From: an uncultured Fimbriimonadales bacterium | GTDB lineage: Bacteria > Armatimonadota > Fimbriimonadia > Fimbriimonadales > GBS-DC | Direction: 5' to 3' | Assembly: GCA_937992175.1 (NCBI GenBank) | Contig: CALKLF010000042.1 | Span: 9,743-73,742, forward strand | Length of the DNA: 64,000 nucleotides | In this document: in pieces, positions 53,141 to 62,216 of the stretch | Layout of the letters: every line of letters starts with the position of its first letter | Numbering within the stretch: the first letter of the stretch is position 1 | Position numbers and translations under genes: made by a program | The notes under the pieces: generated by a model | Database searches by the model: none | Told to the model about the DNA's origin: nothing | Seen by the model: only the letters and a program-made list of their open reading frames with translations

Positions 53141-53192
53141 GTCGGCGGGACGCCGACACGACGCGAAGCGCGTGCGTAGCGTCGGCGTCCCC
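53141..53192. terminator. Family-B compound hairpin immediately after a stop codon (near-identical copy at 57152)
   Basis: GTCGGCGGGACGCCGAC-ACGACGCGAAGCGCGTGCGTAGC-GTCGGCGTCCCC. Both local and long-range pairing are possible, with no U-tract. Confidence 0.45.
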
Positions 53193-53248
53193 CAGAAAAA
53201 CACTGGCAACGGGCTAAGCGAGGAAACTCTTTTGCTCAGAAATTAAGG

Positions 53249-53254
53249 TATAAT
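53249..53254 (+). promoter_or_regulatory. -10 box TATAAT (AAGGTATAAT) upstream of the pseudopilin pair
   Basis: Perfect hexamer 18 nt before the ATG, with a GGAGGG SD. Confidence 0.4.
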
Positions 53255-53272
53255 TTGCCGTGGAGGGTTTTT

Positions 53273-54028
53273 ATGAACAGAAAGCGCGGTTTCACCCTCA
53301 TCGAGTTGCTTGTGGTCATCGCGATTATCGCGGTGCTGGCGGCGATCCTGTTCCCCGTCTTCGCCAACGCGCGCGCGAAAGCGCGACAGAGCGCATGTAC
53401 CTCCAACCTCAATCAGATCGCCAAGGCGTTCCTGATGTATGCGAACGACTACAGCCAGATGATGCCAACGGTAGGTTGGGTCTTCCGTCCGACGCCCGAC
53501 AACGCCCCCCTGTGGACCGCGATGATTGCACCCTACGCGAAGAACCGCGACCTGTTCCGCTGTCCGGCGGCTGCCGACGCCGAGTACGGCGAGGTGTGGA
53601 GCCAGCGTGCGCGTCTCTCCTACGGGCTGAACTGGTTCTGGGGCTTCCCCTATCAGTCCTCGATGGACTATGTGGTTTCCTTGAGCAAGGTCACACGCCC
53701 CGCAGCGGCGATCCTGGTGCTGGACAGCGTGCCGATTCAACCTTCCGCTGACCCGTTCGGCGGCTATATGGTGACACCGTTTGGCTTCGAGAACCGCACG
53801 CGCGTCTTACCGATGAATAAGCCAAGCGGCTACGCGGCGCGTCACAGCGAGGGCGTGATTGTCGCTTTCGCTGACGGACACGCCAAATGGTTCCGCGGCG
53901 ACCAGCTCTACGCCCGTCAATCGAACGGGACGCCAATCCTGCAGGCATCCGACGAGACTCTGTTTGATTGCAACCCCGTGAAACTGAAATGGGCGGTGCA
54001 TCTGGGCGAACGCACGGGCTGCCCATGA
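53273..54028 (+). CDS. Prepilin-type N-terminal methylation protein with H-X9-DG motif (DUF1559-like)
   Basis: [39 protein letters not shown] and HSEGVIVAFADGH. Confidence 0.8.
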   Translation: MNRKRGFTLIELLVVIAIIAVLAAILFPVFANARAKARQSACTSNLNQIAKAFLMYANDYSQMMPTVGWVFRPTPDNAPLWTAMIAPYAKNRDLFRCPAAADAEYGEVWSQRARLSYGLNWFWGFPYQSSMDYVVSLSKVTRPAAAILVLDSVPIQPSADPFGGYMVTPFGFENRTRVLPMNKPSGYAARHSEGVIVAFADGHAKWFRGDQLYARQSNGTPILQASDETLFDCNPVKLKWAVHLGERTGCP

Positions 54029-54040
54029 AGGAGGCAGGCT

Positions 54041-54892
54041 ATGAAAACCAAAGGTTTCACCCTGATCGAGCTGCTGGTCGTCATTGCTATTATCGCGATA
54101 CTCGCCGCAATCCTGTTCCCCGTGTTCGCGCAGGCGCGTCTGAAAGCGGAGCAGACCGCCTGCCTGACCCATCAGAAACAGATGGGGCAGGGGGTAATGA
54201 TGTACCTGCCCGATTATGACCATGTGTTTCCGCCATCGGGCGAGGGCACAGGTCCCATCCCGAACTGGTCGGAGCGGATCTACCCCTATGTAAAAAGTCT
54301 GGAAGTGTTCACCTGCCCGACGCAGGGGATCTCGTATGACATTGTGCGTCGCTGGTACAACCTCGGACGCTCGCAGGCGGAGGCAATCTATCAGCGCTAC
54401 GGCGTGCGCAACTTCTCCGCGAATGCCTATGTGTTGGCGTGGATTAATCCGCCCTATCCCCGCGCGGGTCCAGGCGTGGTGCGCCCCGAAGCGGCGGTGG
54501 AAGAGCATGCCCGCACCATTATCTTCAACGAGTGCGTAGGCGTGGGCACGGTATTGCATCGCGACCGCAGCGGCGCGCTTGTGCCCAACAATATGCACTG
54601 GTGGTGGGCAATCTCCGACGAGTGCTGGGTCTGCGCTGAGCATGCGCGCGACCCTGACCTCGACGAGAACTTCTGGACGAGCCTGCTGATCCATAACGGC
54701 GGCGCGAACTACACCTTCGCCGACGGACACGCGAAGTGGATGCGCCCCGACCAGACCTACATGCCCCGCCGCTGCCAAGGCAACACGCCGATTGGCAACA
54801 TGTGGCAGTGGGGCGAAACGACGCTGGGACGTTGCGGCGCGAATGACTGCCCCGCTGCAATGCGTCAGGCAGTGAACAACTTCTGTCGCTGA
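54041..54892 (+). CDS. Prepilin-type N-terminal methylation protein with H-X9-DG motif (DUF1559-like)
   Basis: [38 protein letters not shown] and [13 protein letters not shown]. Confidence 0.8.
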   Translation: MKTKGFTLIELLVVIAIIAILAAILFPVFAQARLKAEQTACLTHQKQMGQGVMMYLPDYDHVFPPSGEGTGPIPNWSERIYPYVKSLEVFTCPTQGISYDIVRRWYNLGRSQAEAIYQRYGVRNFSANAYVLAWINPPYPRAGPGVVRPEAAVEEHARTIIFNECVGVGTVLHRDRSGALVPNNMHWWWAISDECWVCAEHARDPDLDENFWTSLLIHNGGANYTFADGHAKWMRPDQTYMPRRCQGNTPIGNMWQWGETTLGRCGANDCPAAMRQAVNNFCR

Positions 54893-55037
54893 AGTGGCAT
54901 CGGCGTCTCGCAGATGCATCTGTGCTTGGGCGGGACGCCCAGATCACTGCAGCAGCAAGCCACTGCAGCAAAGCCACGCTTGGGCGGGATGCCCAAGCCA
55001 CTATGGCGCAATGAAGCGCATCGTGAGGTGAAAGGCT

Positions 55038-57107
55038 ATGAGATACACACTTGGAGTGCTTGGGCTATTAGCGTTGATGACGGTATCGTGGAGCCAGACG
55101 CTCCATACGACCCCGCACGGCGAGGGCATGCGCGGACTGTCGCCCGCGACGCGCCCCGCAACCCCAAATATCCGCTGGCAGAAGCAGCTGCCGCTCGGCA
55201 TCGCCCACGGCAGCATCACCTTCAGCAATAACGGACAGTTCCTCTACTTCAAGACCTTTGGAGCCGGGCAAGGGCAGGTGTTCAAAGTGAACGCCGCGGA
55301 CGGCAGCACCGTCTGGGCGACGAACCCTGCGACGCTTGGCTTCGGCAACTTCTCTTACGCTGGCGTGACGGTCGATGAGGCGGCGGGGCGCGTCTATACC
55401 TCAGCGCGCGGCTCGGCGCAACCGACTGGACAATCCTTCATCGCCGCGCTGGACATCACCACAGGCGCGCCCATCTGGATCAAAACCGCCAACGACCTGG
55501 GGCTTGCAGGCGCGGACTTCGGACGCGGCAATGTGTTACTCAGCCCTGACCGCGCCCGACTCTATGTGCGCGATAACGCCGACCCATCGCGCATCGTCGC
55601 GCTCAGCGCTGCGAACGGCAACCTGCTCTGGGTCTATACTTCGCCCTTTGGCGGGCCGCCCCCCTTCCAGACGCTGGGTCCCGTGTGGCGCGACCCCGTC
55701 TCAGGGCGCACGCGTATCGCGTTCAGCAATAACGCTGTGAATGGCTCCGTCGTGGTGATTGAGGACGCGGGCACGACGGCGAACCTCGTGTGGAGTGCAA
55801 ATGTCGCGCTGGGGCTGAACTACCGCTGGTGGGGCAACCTCGTCGCCAGTCTGGACTTCAGCACCCTGTACGCGAACTCGTTCTCTGACGCGGGCAACCC
55901 CGTGATGACCGCGCTGCGCGCCTCTGACGGGCAAATCCTGTGGCAAATCTTCTCTGATATCTTCAACGGGATGAACCAGTACCAGAACCCCGTAGTGGGC
56001 GGCGACGGCACTATCTACAGCGGTGGGCGCGTGACCATCCCGCCGCCGATTATGAACGGTCCTGCCGCGACGGGTCAGGCAGGCGACTTCTGGAACTCGC
56101 TCGCCGCCAGCGACGCGGTACAACGCCCATGGACGCTGCAGAACCTGCGCGCCCATGACGACTCCGCCACTACCATCGATATCGAGAACATCGACTTCGC
56201 TGAAAGTTCCACCTACCCTGCTACTGACGGCGACGACCTGATGCGCGACTACCACTACATCGGCGCGCTTGGCTACAACGGACCCGCCACGATTCGCCTC
56301 TCCGAAGTGCCCGCGGGAACCTACGACCTGTATCTCTACTCCTTCACGCCGATTGCAAACGACCAGAACGCCGTATTCACCGTTAACGGCGTGACGAAGA
56401 CCGTGACGCCTGACCCACCTGGACCGTTTACACGCTACCTGGAAAATGTAAACTATGTCGTCTACCGCGATATTTCACCGCTGGACGGAGAGATTAACAT
56501 CACGGTTGAGATTGACTTGTTCAACCTGTACGCTGTGGTGAACGGGCTCCAGTTGGTGGGCAAGACGGGCGCACTAACGGGTAAGCGCGTGAATGTGGAC
56601 TTCAACCAGCTGGGTCAGATTGGCGGCGGCATCACGGCGATACGCCCTGATGGCACGATTCGCTGGCAGTTCAAGCCCCCCGGCAGCGGCGAGTTCAGCG
56701 GCTGGCCCGTGGTCACCTGCGGGCGCGTGATTTACGCCTGCGATCAGGTGACCTTTGCCGAGACCTACCTGTACGCAGTGCGCGACAACGGCAACGACGC
56801 GACCTTCCTGTGGCGGTTCCAGCTGCCCTACAGCTACTTCGGCAACAACTCGCCTTCGGTGGGACCTGACGGCACAGTCTACATCGCCGCCTCACGGGAC
56901 AACGCTGACCCGCAGATTCTGTACGCCTTCGCGCCTGCGCCCGCGGGCGACATCAACGCGGATGGCTGCATCGACGACGCCGACCTGCTCGCCGTGCTGT
57001 TCAACTTCGGCGCGACAGGCTGCTTGCCTGAGGATGTGAACGGCGACAGCGTGGTGGACGATGCCGACCTGCTGGAGGTGCTGTTCAACTTCGGTACGGG
57101 TTGCTGA
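55038..57107 (+). CDS. Secreted PQQ-like beta-propeller protein with a nested beta-sandwich module and C-terminal dockerin-type repeats
   Basis: Signal peptide, then BamB/PQQ-like blades before and after residues ~340-500. C-terminus: GDINADGCIDDADLLAVLFNFG...DVNGDSVVDDADLLEVLFNFG. Confidence 0.7.
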   Translation: MRYTLGVLGLLALMTVSWSQTLHTTPHGEGMRGLSPATRPATPNIRWQKQLPLGIAHGSITFSNNGQFLYFKTFGAGQGQVFKVNAADGSTVWATNPATLGFGNFSYAGVTVDEAAGRVYTSARGSAQPTGQSFIAALDITTGAPIWIKTANDLGLAGADFGRGNVLLSPDRARLYVRDNADPSRIVALSAANGNLLWVYTSPFGGPPPFQTLGPVWRDPVSGRTRIAFSNNAVNGSVVVIEDAGTTANLVWSANVALGLNYRWWGNLVASLDFSTLYANSFSDAGNPVMTALRASDGQILWQIFSDIFNGMNQYQNPVVGGDGTIYSGGRVTIPPPIMNGPAATGQAGDFWNSLAASDAVQRPWTLQNLRAHDDSATTIDIENIDFAESSTYPATDGDDLMRDYHYIGALGYNGPATIRLSEVPAGTYDLYLYSFTPIANDQNAVFTVNGVTKTVTPDPPGPFTRYLENVNYVVYRDISPLDGEINITVEIDLFNLYAVVNGLQLVGKTGALTGKRVNVDFNQLGQIGGGITAIRPDGTIRWQFKPPGSGEFSGWPVVTCGRVIYACDQVTFAETYLYAVRDNGNDATFLWRFQLPYSYFGNNSPSVGPDGTVYIAASRDNADPQILYAFAPAPAGDINADGCIDDADLLAVLFNFGATGCLPEDVNGDSVVDDADLLEVLFNFGTGC

Positions 57108-57151
57108 GCTAGGCGAAGCTTTATCAACTGGCGAAGCTGATGTCGCAACCT

Positions 57152-57208
57152 GTCGGCGGGACGCCGATACGACACGAAACGCGTGCGTAGCGTCGGCGTC
57201 CCCGCCGA
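57152..57208. terminator. Family-B compound hairpin between convergent genes
   Basis: GTCGGCGGGACGCCGATACGACACGAAACGCGTGCGTAGCGTCGGCGTCCCCGCCGA. About 90 percent identical by eye to 53141-53192. Confidence 0.45.
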
Positions 57209-57249
57209 TGATTTGGGCTACTTGAACTCGTGATCAGTACAATAGCTCA

Positions 57250-59070
57250 CTACCCTTCCCGCGCCAGCTCCTCGAACTGGTCGATATCCCTGCGAATCGC
57301 GTTGAACGCGCCGCGCCAGAAGTCAGGCGTGCGCAGGTCGAAACCGAACTCGGCGGCGAGCGTCGGCGCGTCTGCCATGCCCGTGCGCGAGAGCAGGTCG
57401 TCGTAACGGGCGCGGAAGCCGCTGGGGTCGTCCAGATACCGCGCATACAACCCCAGCCCGAACAGCAAGCCGAACATATACGGGTAGTTGTAAAACGCGC
57501 TGCCGTAGTAGTGGGGTTTGGCTGCCCACATGTACGGGTGCAGGGCGTTCTCGTCCAGCCCGTCGCCGTAGGTCTGCAGCTGCGCGTCGCGCATAATCTC
57601 GCACAGCTCGCGTGCGCTTAGCTCCCGCTCGTTGCGCCGCTCGAACACGGTCTTCTCGAAAATAAATCGGCTCGTGATGTCGACCACGACCTGACACGCG
57701 CCCTGCAGCGAGGCTTCCAGAATGGCGATTTGCTCCTCGCGGTCGGCGTCGCGCAGCGCAGCCTGCCGAATAATCGTCTCGCAAAAGATGCTGGCGGTCT
57801 CGGCGAGCGTCATGGGCGTCTGGCGTTGTAAATAGGTGCGCTCCGCAAGGCACAGATTGTGATAGGCATGCCCCAGCTCGTGCGCCAGCGTACTCAGCCC
57901 CCCGAACGCAGGCTTGTAGTTGGTGAGAATGCGCGACTCATCACGGCGCAGACGCATACAGAACGCGCCGTCGCGCTTACCGGGCTGCGGGGGAGCGTCG
58001 ACCCAGTTCTCTTCGAACGCACGGCGGGCGAACTCGCTCATTTTTTGCGAGTAGGTCGCGAACTGCTCAATAATAAACTGCGCCGCTTCGTCGTACTCCC
58101 AGCGTTTCGGCTCCTTGCCGACGGGCGCGAAGATATCGTACCACGCGCACCGCTCCACGCCCAATAGCCGCGCCTTCGCGCGCAGGTAGCGTCGGAAATC
58201 GGGGAACGCTTCATGGGCGGCGTCCAGCATCGCGTTCAGGGTCGCCTCATCGATGGCATTGCGGAACAGCGAGGCATGCAGTGGGCTGTCCCAGCCGCGG
58301 CGGCGCGTGAGCAGGTTCGTCTCACCCTTAATCGCGTTCAGCGCGCTGGCGATGGGCATCGCGTGCTGTTCCCACGCCCTAAGCTCCGCCTCATAGCCCG
58401 CGTGGCGCACCTCACGGTCGGGGTCATACGCCAGATTGCGCAGCATGCTCATCGTGAGCGTCTGCTTCTCGCCCTTGATTTCCACCTCCGCCTGTATCTG
58501 CGAAGTGAGGTTGCCGTAGAGCTTGCTCCATGCGTTGCTCCCTGTGAGTTGCATTTCGGCAGCGAGGGCTTCCTCTGCGGGCGACATCATATGCTCGGCG
58601 GCAATGCGGGCACGGCGCAGCCAGTAGGCGTGCTGCTTCGCCTGCTCGGAACGCCCGATAATCGCTTCTACCTCCCGCGCGCCTGCCCACGCGGTCAGGC
58701 GCGTGCTGAGTTTCGCTAAGCGCACCGAGTGCCGCTCCAGCTCACTCAGCCGCGCTTGCGCATACTCGTCGCGCGAGTCCACTGTCACGAACGCATACAC
58801 ATACGCTCCCAGCGTCCACGCCTGATCATTGAGCGCGTTGTAAGCGGGCAGGATACGCTCCAGCACGCCTGCAGCGAGGTCGGGGTTCAGCGGCGCGTCG
58901 GTGCGGTTGATCTGCGCCTCGTCGAACAAGCCTTCCAGTTCGTCTATCGCGCGCACAAAACTGCGAAAATCGCGTTCATATTCGGGCGAGTCGAGCCCAG
59001 GATAGACCACGCTCATGTCCCAGCGAGGCAGCTCGGTTTTCATAGCGGAGAGGATTGTACCTGAAGGCAA
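57250..59070 (-). CDS. pepF: Oligoendopeptidase F family (M3B metallopeptidase)
   Basis: 606 aa. HELGHAYH zinc motif in the M3 context. Confidence 0.85.
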   Translation of the reverse strand: MPSGTILSAMKTELPRWDMSVVYPGLDSPEYERDFRSFVRAIDELEGLFDEAQINRTDAPLNPDLAAGVLERILPAYNALNDQAWTLGAYVYAFVTVDSRDEYAQARLSELERHSVRLAKLSTRLTAWAGAREVEAIIGRSEQAKQHAYWLRRARIAAEHMMSPAEEALAAEMQLTGSNAWSKLYGNLTSQIQAEVEIKGEKQTLTMSMLRNLAYDPDREVRHAGYEAELRAWEQHAMPIASALNAIKGETNLLTRRRGWDSPLHASLFRNAIDEATLNAMLDAAHEAFPDFRRYLRAKARLLGVERCAWYDIFAPVGKEPKRWEYDEAAQFIIEQFATYSQKMSEFARRAFEENWVDAPPQPGKRDGAFCMRLRRDESRILTNYKPAFGGLSTLAHELGHAYHNLCLAERTYLQRQTPMTLAETASIFCETIIRQAALRDADREEQIAILEASLQGACQVVVDITSRFIFEKTVFERRNERELSARELCEIMRDAQLQTYGDGLDENALHPYMWAAKPHYYGSAFYNYPYMFGLLFGLGLYARYLDDPSGFRARYDDLLSRTGMADAPTLAAEFGFDLRTPDFWRGAFNAIRRDIDQFEELAREG

Positions 59071-59119
59071 GCTCCCCGTAATGTGCCCATGACCCGCGTC
59101 GGTCGCTGCAGCACGGGGG

Positions 59120-59446
59120 CTACCGCGCCCACAAACTGCTCAACAGTGCGCCTCCTATCCAGAGCGTCAGGTACGCGACTGCGCCGAACCGCAGCCAGCG
59201 ACGCACAAACTGGGGGTTCCGACGGCGATACCACTCCGCAAGCCCAACCGCCATCCCTAGAGTCAGAAACTTCACGGCGAAAAACGCCCCCCAGCTCAGC
59301 TGGATGAACCAGTCCATAATCGGATTGAACTCAGTCGCATAGCCCCGCGTGATGAACCAGTAGGTACTCAGAGAGTCGGCGACCACCAGCAGAATCAGCC
59401 CCCATGTCTCCTTGTGGCGCATAGTGGGAGGCTCAGCAACTTTCAT
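59120..59446 (-). CDS. DUF5658-like small membrane protein
   Basis: LLVVADSLSTYWFITRGYATEFNPIMDWF plus two further TM helices. The start could be 59446 or 59422; the longer track ORF to 59704 is unlikely. Confidence 0.5.
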   Translation of the reverse strand: MKVAEPPTMRHKETWGLILLVVADSLSTYWFITRGYATEFNPIMDWFIQLSWGAFFAVKFLTLGMAVGLAEWYRRRNPQFVRRWLRFGAVAYLTLWIGGALLSSLWAR

Positions 59447-59490
59447 GCCAGAAGGTATAATCCCTGCGATGCAGGCACATAACGGACGGG

Positions 59491-59913
59491 ATGGCGGGTC
59501 AAAAAAGCTGATGCCTTCGGCTGGTACGGCGGCAAGTTCAGCCATCTGGACTGGTTGCTGCCCCTGTTGCCTCCTGCGCATGATTACTGCGAGCCATTTG
59601 GCGGTTCGGCGGCGATTCTGCTGAATCGCCCCCCTTCCCCTGTGGAAACCTACAACGACCTTGACGGCGAGGTCGTAAACTTCTTTCGTGTGTTGCGGGA
59701 TCATCCCGACGAACTGATTCGGCGAATCGCGTTGACCCCTTTCTCGCGAGAAGCGCTGCGCCGCTACGCATCTGCCACTCCGTCAAGCAAATCCGCCAGG
59801 AGGTGTTATGGACGAACTACGATCCCCACGAAGCGCTCGAGCTGAATCGGAAAGCCCAGAAGACATTCTCGAACGGTGTTATCACGACGCTCTCGCTCGA
59901 ACTGAACCTTTGA
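59491..59913 (+). pseudogene. Decayed Dam-type (D12 class) N6-adenine DNA methyltransferase
   Basis: ATG 59491 stops after 6 codons. After a shift at the A6 run (59501-59506) the reading is ADAFGWYGGKFSHLDWLLPLLPPAHDYCEPFGGSAAILLN...NDLDGEVVNFFRVL. The DPPY core is absent. A third frame holds a C-terminal-like QEVLWTNY segment ending at TGA 59911-59913. Confidence 0.6.
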
Positions 59914-59967
59914 TTGAGGATGAACGGCTCGTCCAATCCTCTACCCAATGATTGCTCCACAACAAGG

Positions 59968-59973
59968 TATAAT
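59968..59973 (+). promoter_or_regulatory. -10 box TATAAT (AAGGTATAAT) 10 nt upstream of ATG 59984; leaderless pattern
   Basis: Perfect hexamer with no SD before the start of the M32 peptidase. Confidence 0.4.
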
Positions 59974-59983
59974 CCCCCTCGCT

Positions 59984-61495
59984 ATGGACGCCCAGAGTAT
60001 TTACCAGAGTTTGGAGAACTGGCAAAAAGAGACGGCGTTGTTAGGCTCTATCAGCGGTGTGCTGGGCTGGGATCAACGGGTGATGATGCCCCCGAAAGCT
60101 GCTCCCCATCGCGCGAACCAGCTCGCCCTGCTGTCGGGGATGATTCACCAGCGTTCCATAGATCCGCGCGTGGGTGAGTGGCTGAGCCAGCTGGAACAGA
60201 GCGACCTGACCCAGCCGCCCGACAGCGTGACCGCCGTGAACATCCGTCAGTGGCGACGCGAATACGATAAACTCACTAAAATCCCGACCGAGCTGGTGAT
60301 TGAGTTCACGCGCACGACCAGCCTCGCCGAGAAAGTGTGGGAGGAAGCGCGCGAGGAGTCGAATTTCAGCCTGTTTCAGCCTCACCTGGAGAAAATCGTC
60401 AAGTTAGTGCGCGAGATTGCGGAGTTGCTGGGCTATGAGCACGAACCCTACGACGCGTTGCTGGACGAGTACGAGCAGAGCATGACGGCGCAGGAGGTGG
60501 AGCGGCTGTTTGAGCCGTTGCGCCGTCGCACGCCCGAACTCGTGGCGCAGATTCAGAACGCCCCGCGCCAGCCCGACACGAGCATCTTGCGCCGCCATTA
60601 CCCCCGCGCCGCGCAGGAGGCGTTCTGTCGTCTCGTCGCCGAGCGCATCGGCTTCGACTGGCAACGCGGACGGTTAGACCCCACCGTGCATCCGTTCGCC
60701 ATCCGCCTGACGCCCGGCGATGTGCGCATCACCACGCGCTACTACGAGGATTTCCTGAATCCCTCGCTGTTCGGCACGATTCACGAACTGGGGCACGCGC
60801 TGTACGAGATGGGTTTGCCGGAAGAACACTGGGGAACGCCGATGGGCGCGTCCACCTCGCTGGGGATGCACGAATCGCAATCGCGTATGTGGGAGAACTT
60901 CGTGGGGCGTAGCCGCGCCTTCTGGGAGTATTTCTACCCGATTGCGCAACAGCACTTCGACGCGCTCCGCGAGGTCACGCTGGACGACTTCGTGTTCGCG
61001 GTCAACGCCGTGCAGCCGTCCACGATTCGCGTGGAAGCGGACGAAGTAACCTACAACCTGCACATCATGCTGCGCTTCGAGCTGGAACTCGCGCTGCTGC
61101 GCGACGAGCTGCAGGTCGCCGACCTGCCCGCGGCGTGGAACGAGCGGTTCAAGGCGTACATGGGCTTCGAGCCGCCGAACGACGCAGAGGGCGTGCTGCA
61201 GGATGTCCACTGGTCAGGCGGGATGATTGGCTACTTCCCGACCTACACGCTGGGGAACCTGTACGCGGCGCAGCTGTTTGAAGCGGCGGAGCGCGACCTG
61301 GGCGACCTGCATGCGCAGTTCCGCAAGGGCGAGTTTGCCCCACTGCTGGAGTGGCTGCGCGAAAGGGTGCATCAGCAGGGGCAGCGCTACCCCGCCAAGC
61401 AGTTGATTGAGCGCGTGACGGGCAATCCGCCGAGCGCGGAGCCACTCCTGCGCTATTTCGACCGCAAATTCACGCCGTTATACGGGCTGGAGTAG
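59984..61495 (+). CDS. Carboxypeptidase Taq family (M32 metallocarboxypeptidase)
   Basis: HELGHALYE, HESQSRMWEN and IRVEADEVTYNLH are M32 hallmarks. Confidence 0.88.
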   Translation: MDAQSIYQSLENWQKETALLGSISGVLGWDQRVMMPPKAAPHRANQLALLSGMIHQRSIDPRVGEWLSQLEQSDLTQPPDSVTAVNIRQWRREYDKLTKIPTELVIEFTRTTSLAEKVWEEAREESNFSLFQPHLEKIVKLVREIAELLGYEHEPYDALLDEYEQSMTAQEVERLFEPLRRRTPELVAQIQNAPRQPDTSILRRHYPRAAQEAFCRLVAERIGFDWQRGRLDPTVHPFAIRLTPGDVRITTRYYEDFLNPSLFGTIHELGHALYEMGLPEEHWGTPMGASTSLGMHESQSRMWENFVGRSRAFWEYFYPIAQQHFDALREVTLDDFVFAVNAVQPSTIRVEADEVTYNLHIMLRFELELALLRDELQVADLPAAWNERFKAYMGFEPPNDAEGVLQDVHWSGGMIGYFPTYTLGNLYAAQLFEAAERDLGDLHAQFRKGEFAPLLEWLRERVHQQGQRYPAKQLIERVTGNPPSAEPLLRYFDRKFTPLYGLE

Positions 61496-61727
61496 ACACG
61501 GCGGGCGCAAATGGGGTATAATAGGTTGTCAGCGCCCGCCGTCGAATGTCAGATTGGTGAGCGAGGCTTGAAACAACACCAACCCCACCACACACAGGAG
61601 GCGCGGATACCCCGCCCGCGCCTCCTGAAAAAGTCCTGAGCGAGGTTGTACCGTTATGACTGCGCCCACAGTGCAAAGGTTCCCGACAAATCGCCAAAAG
61701 CCCTGCTTTTGTGGGTAAAATTGCCTT

Positions 61728-62216
61728 ATGGCGGCGCACCATCGGATTGTGGGGATGGATCCGTATATCGAGGCGCAGGCGTGGCGCGACTTCCACACGA
61801 ACTTCATCGTGAGCCTACAGGGCGCGCTCATGCCTCAACTCGCGCCTAAATACTTCGCGCGGATAGAGGAACAAATCTACATCGATGAAGATTTAGAAGA
61901 ACAGCAAAAACGCTTCCCTGATATTGCAATCGAGACCGCGCGCCCCGAAGCGTCCCATCCAGGCGGTGGGGTCGCTCTTGCGCCCGAACCCAACCTGCTC
62001 ACCATCCCTGTGCCCGTAGAGTATCGCCTGCCCGTTGCGGAAGTTTATGCATGGAAAGTGGGGCAGCCTTTGCCGACCATCCCCATCCCGTTGCTGCGTG
62101 AAGACCCCGATGTCCTGTTGAACCTGCAAGAGGTCTACGAGCAGGTCTACGCCCGCGCGCGGTACGATTTGCAGTTGGACTTCAACCCGCCCTTACCTGA
62201 GCCTTTAGCGCGATGA
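61728..62216 (+). CDS. DUF4058-family protein, short form apparently missing the central core
   Basis: GMDPYIEAQAWRDFHTNFI N-terminus and PLPTIPIPLLREDPDVLLNLQEVYEQVYARARYDLQLDFNPPLPEPL C-terminus are typical. The ORF is only 162 aa. Confidence 0.55.
   Translation: MAAHHRIVGMDPYIEAQAWRDFHTNFIVSLQGALMPQLAPKYFARIEEQIYIDEDLEEQQKRFPDIAIETARPEASHPGGGVALAPEPNLLTIPVPVEYRLPVAEVYAWKVGQPLPTIPIPLLREDPDVLLNLQEVYEQVYARARYDLQLDFNPPLPEPLAR

Noticed and set aside
56920-57107. Dockerin repeats as evidence for a cellulosome
   Set aside because: No cohesin/scaffoldin or glycoside hydrolase cluster occurs in the window. Dockerin-like Ca-binding repeats occur widely outside cellulosomes.
59808-59950. Small ORF MDELRSPRSARAESESPEDILERCYHD... 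preceded by AGGAGG
   Set aside because: The AGGAGG is part of the ...QEVLW... coding remnant of the decayed methyltransferase in another frame. The peptide has no features, and its stop overlaps the next gene's alternative start.
61595-61627. 12-bp GC hairpin as the intrinsic terminator of the M32 carboxypeptidase gene
   Set aside because: It lies 100 nt after the stop and downstream of a new -10 box. It is followed by AAAAAG rather than a T-run on the relevant strand.
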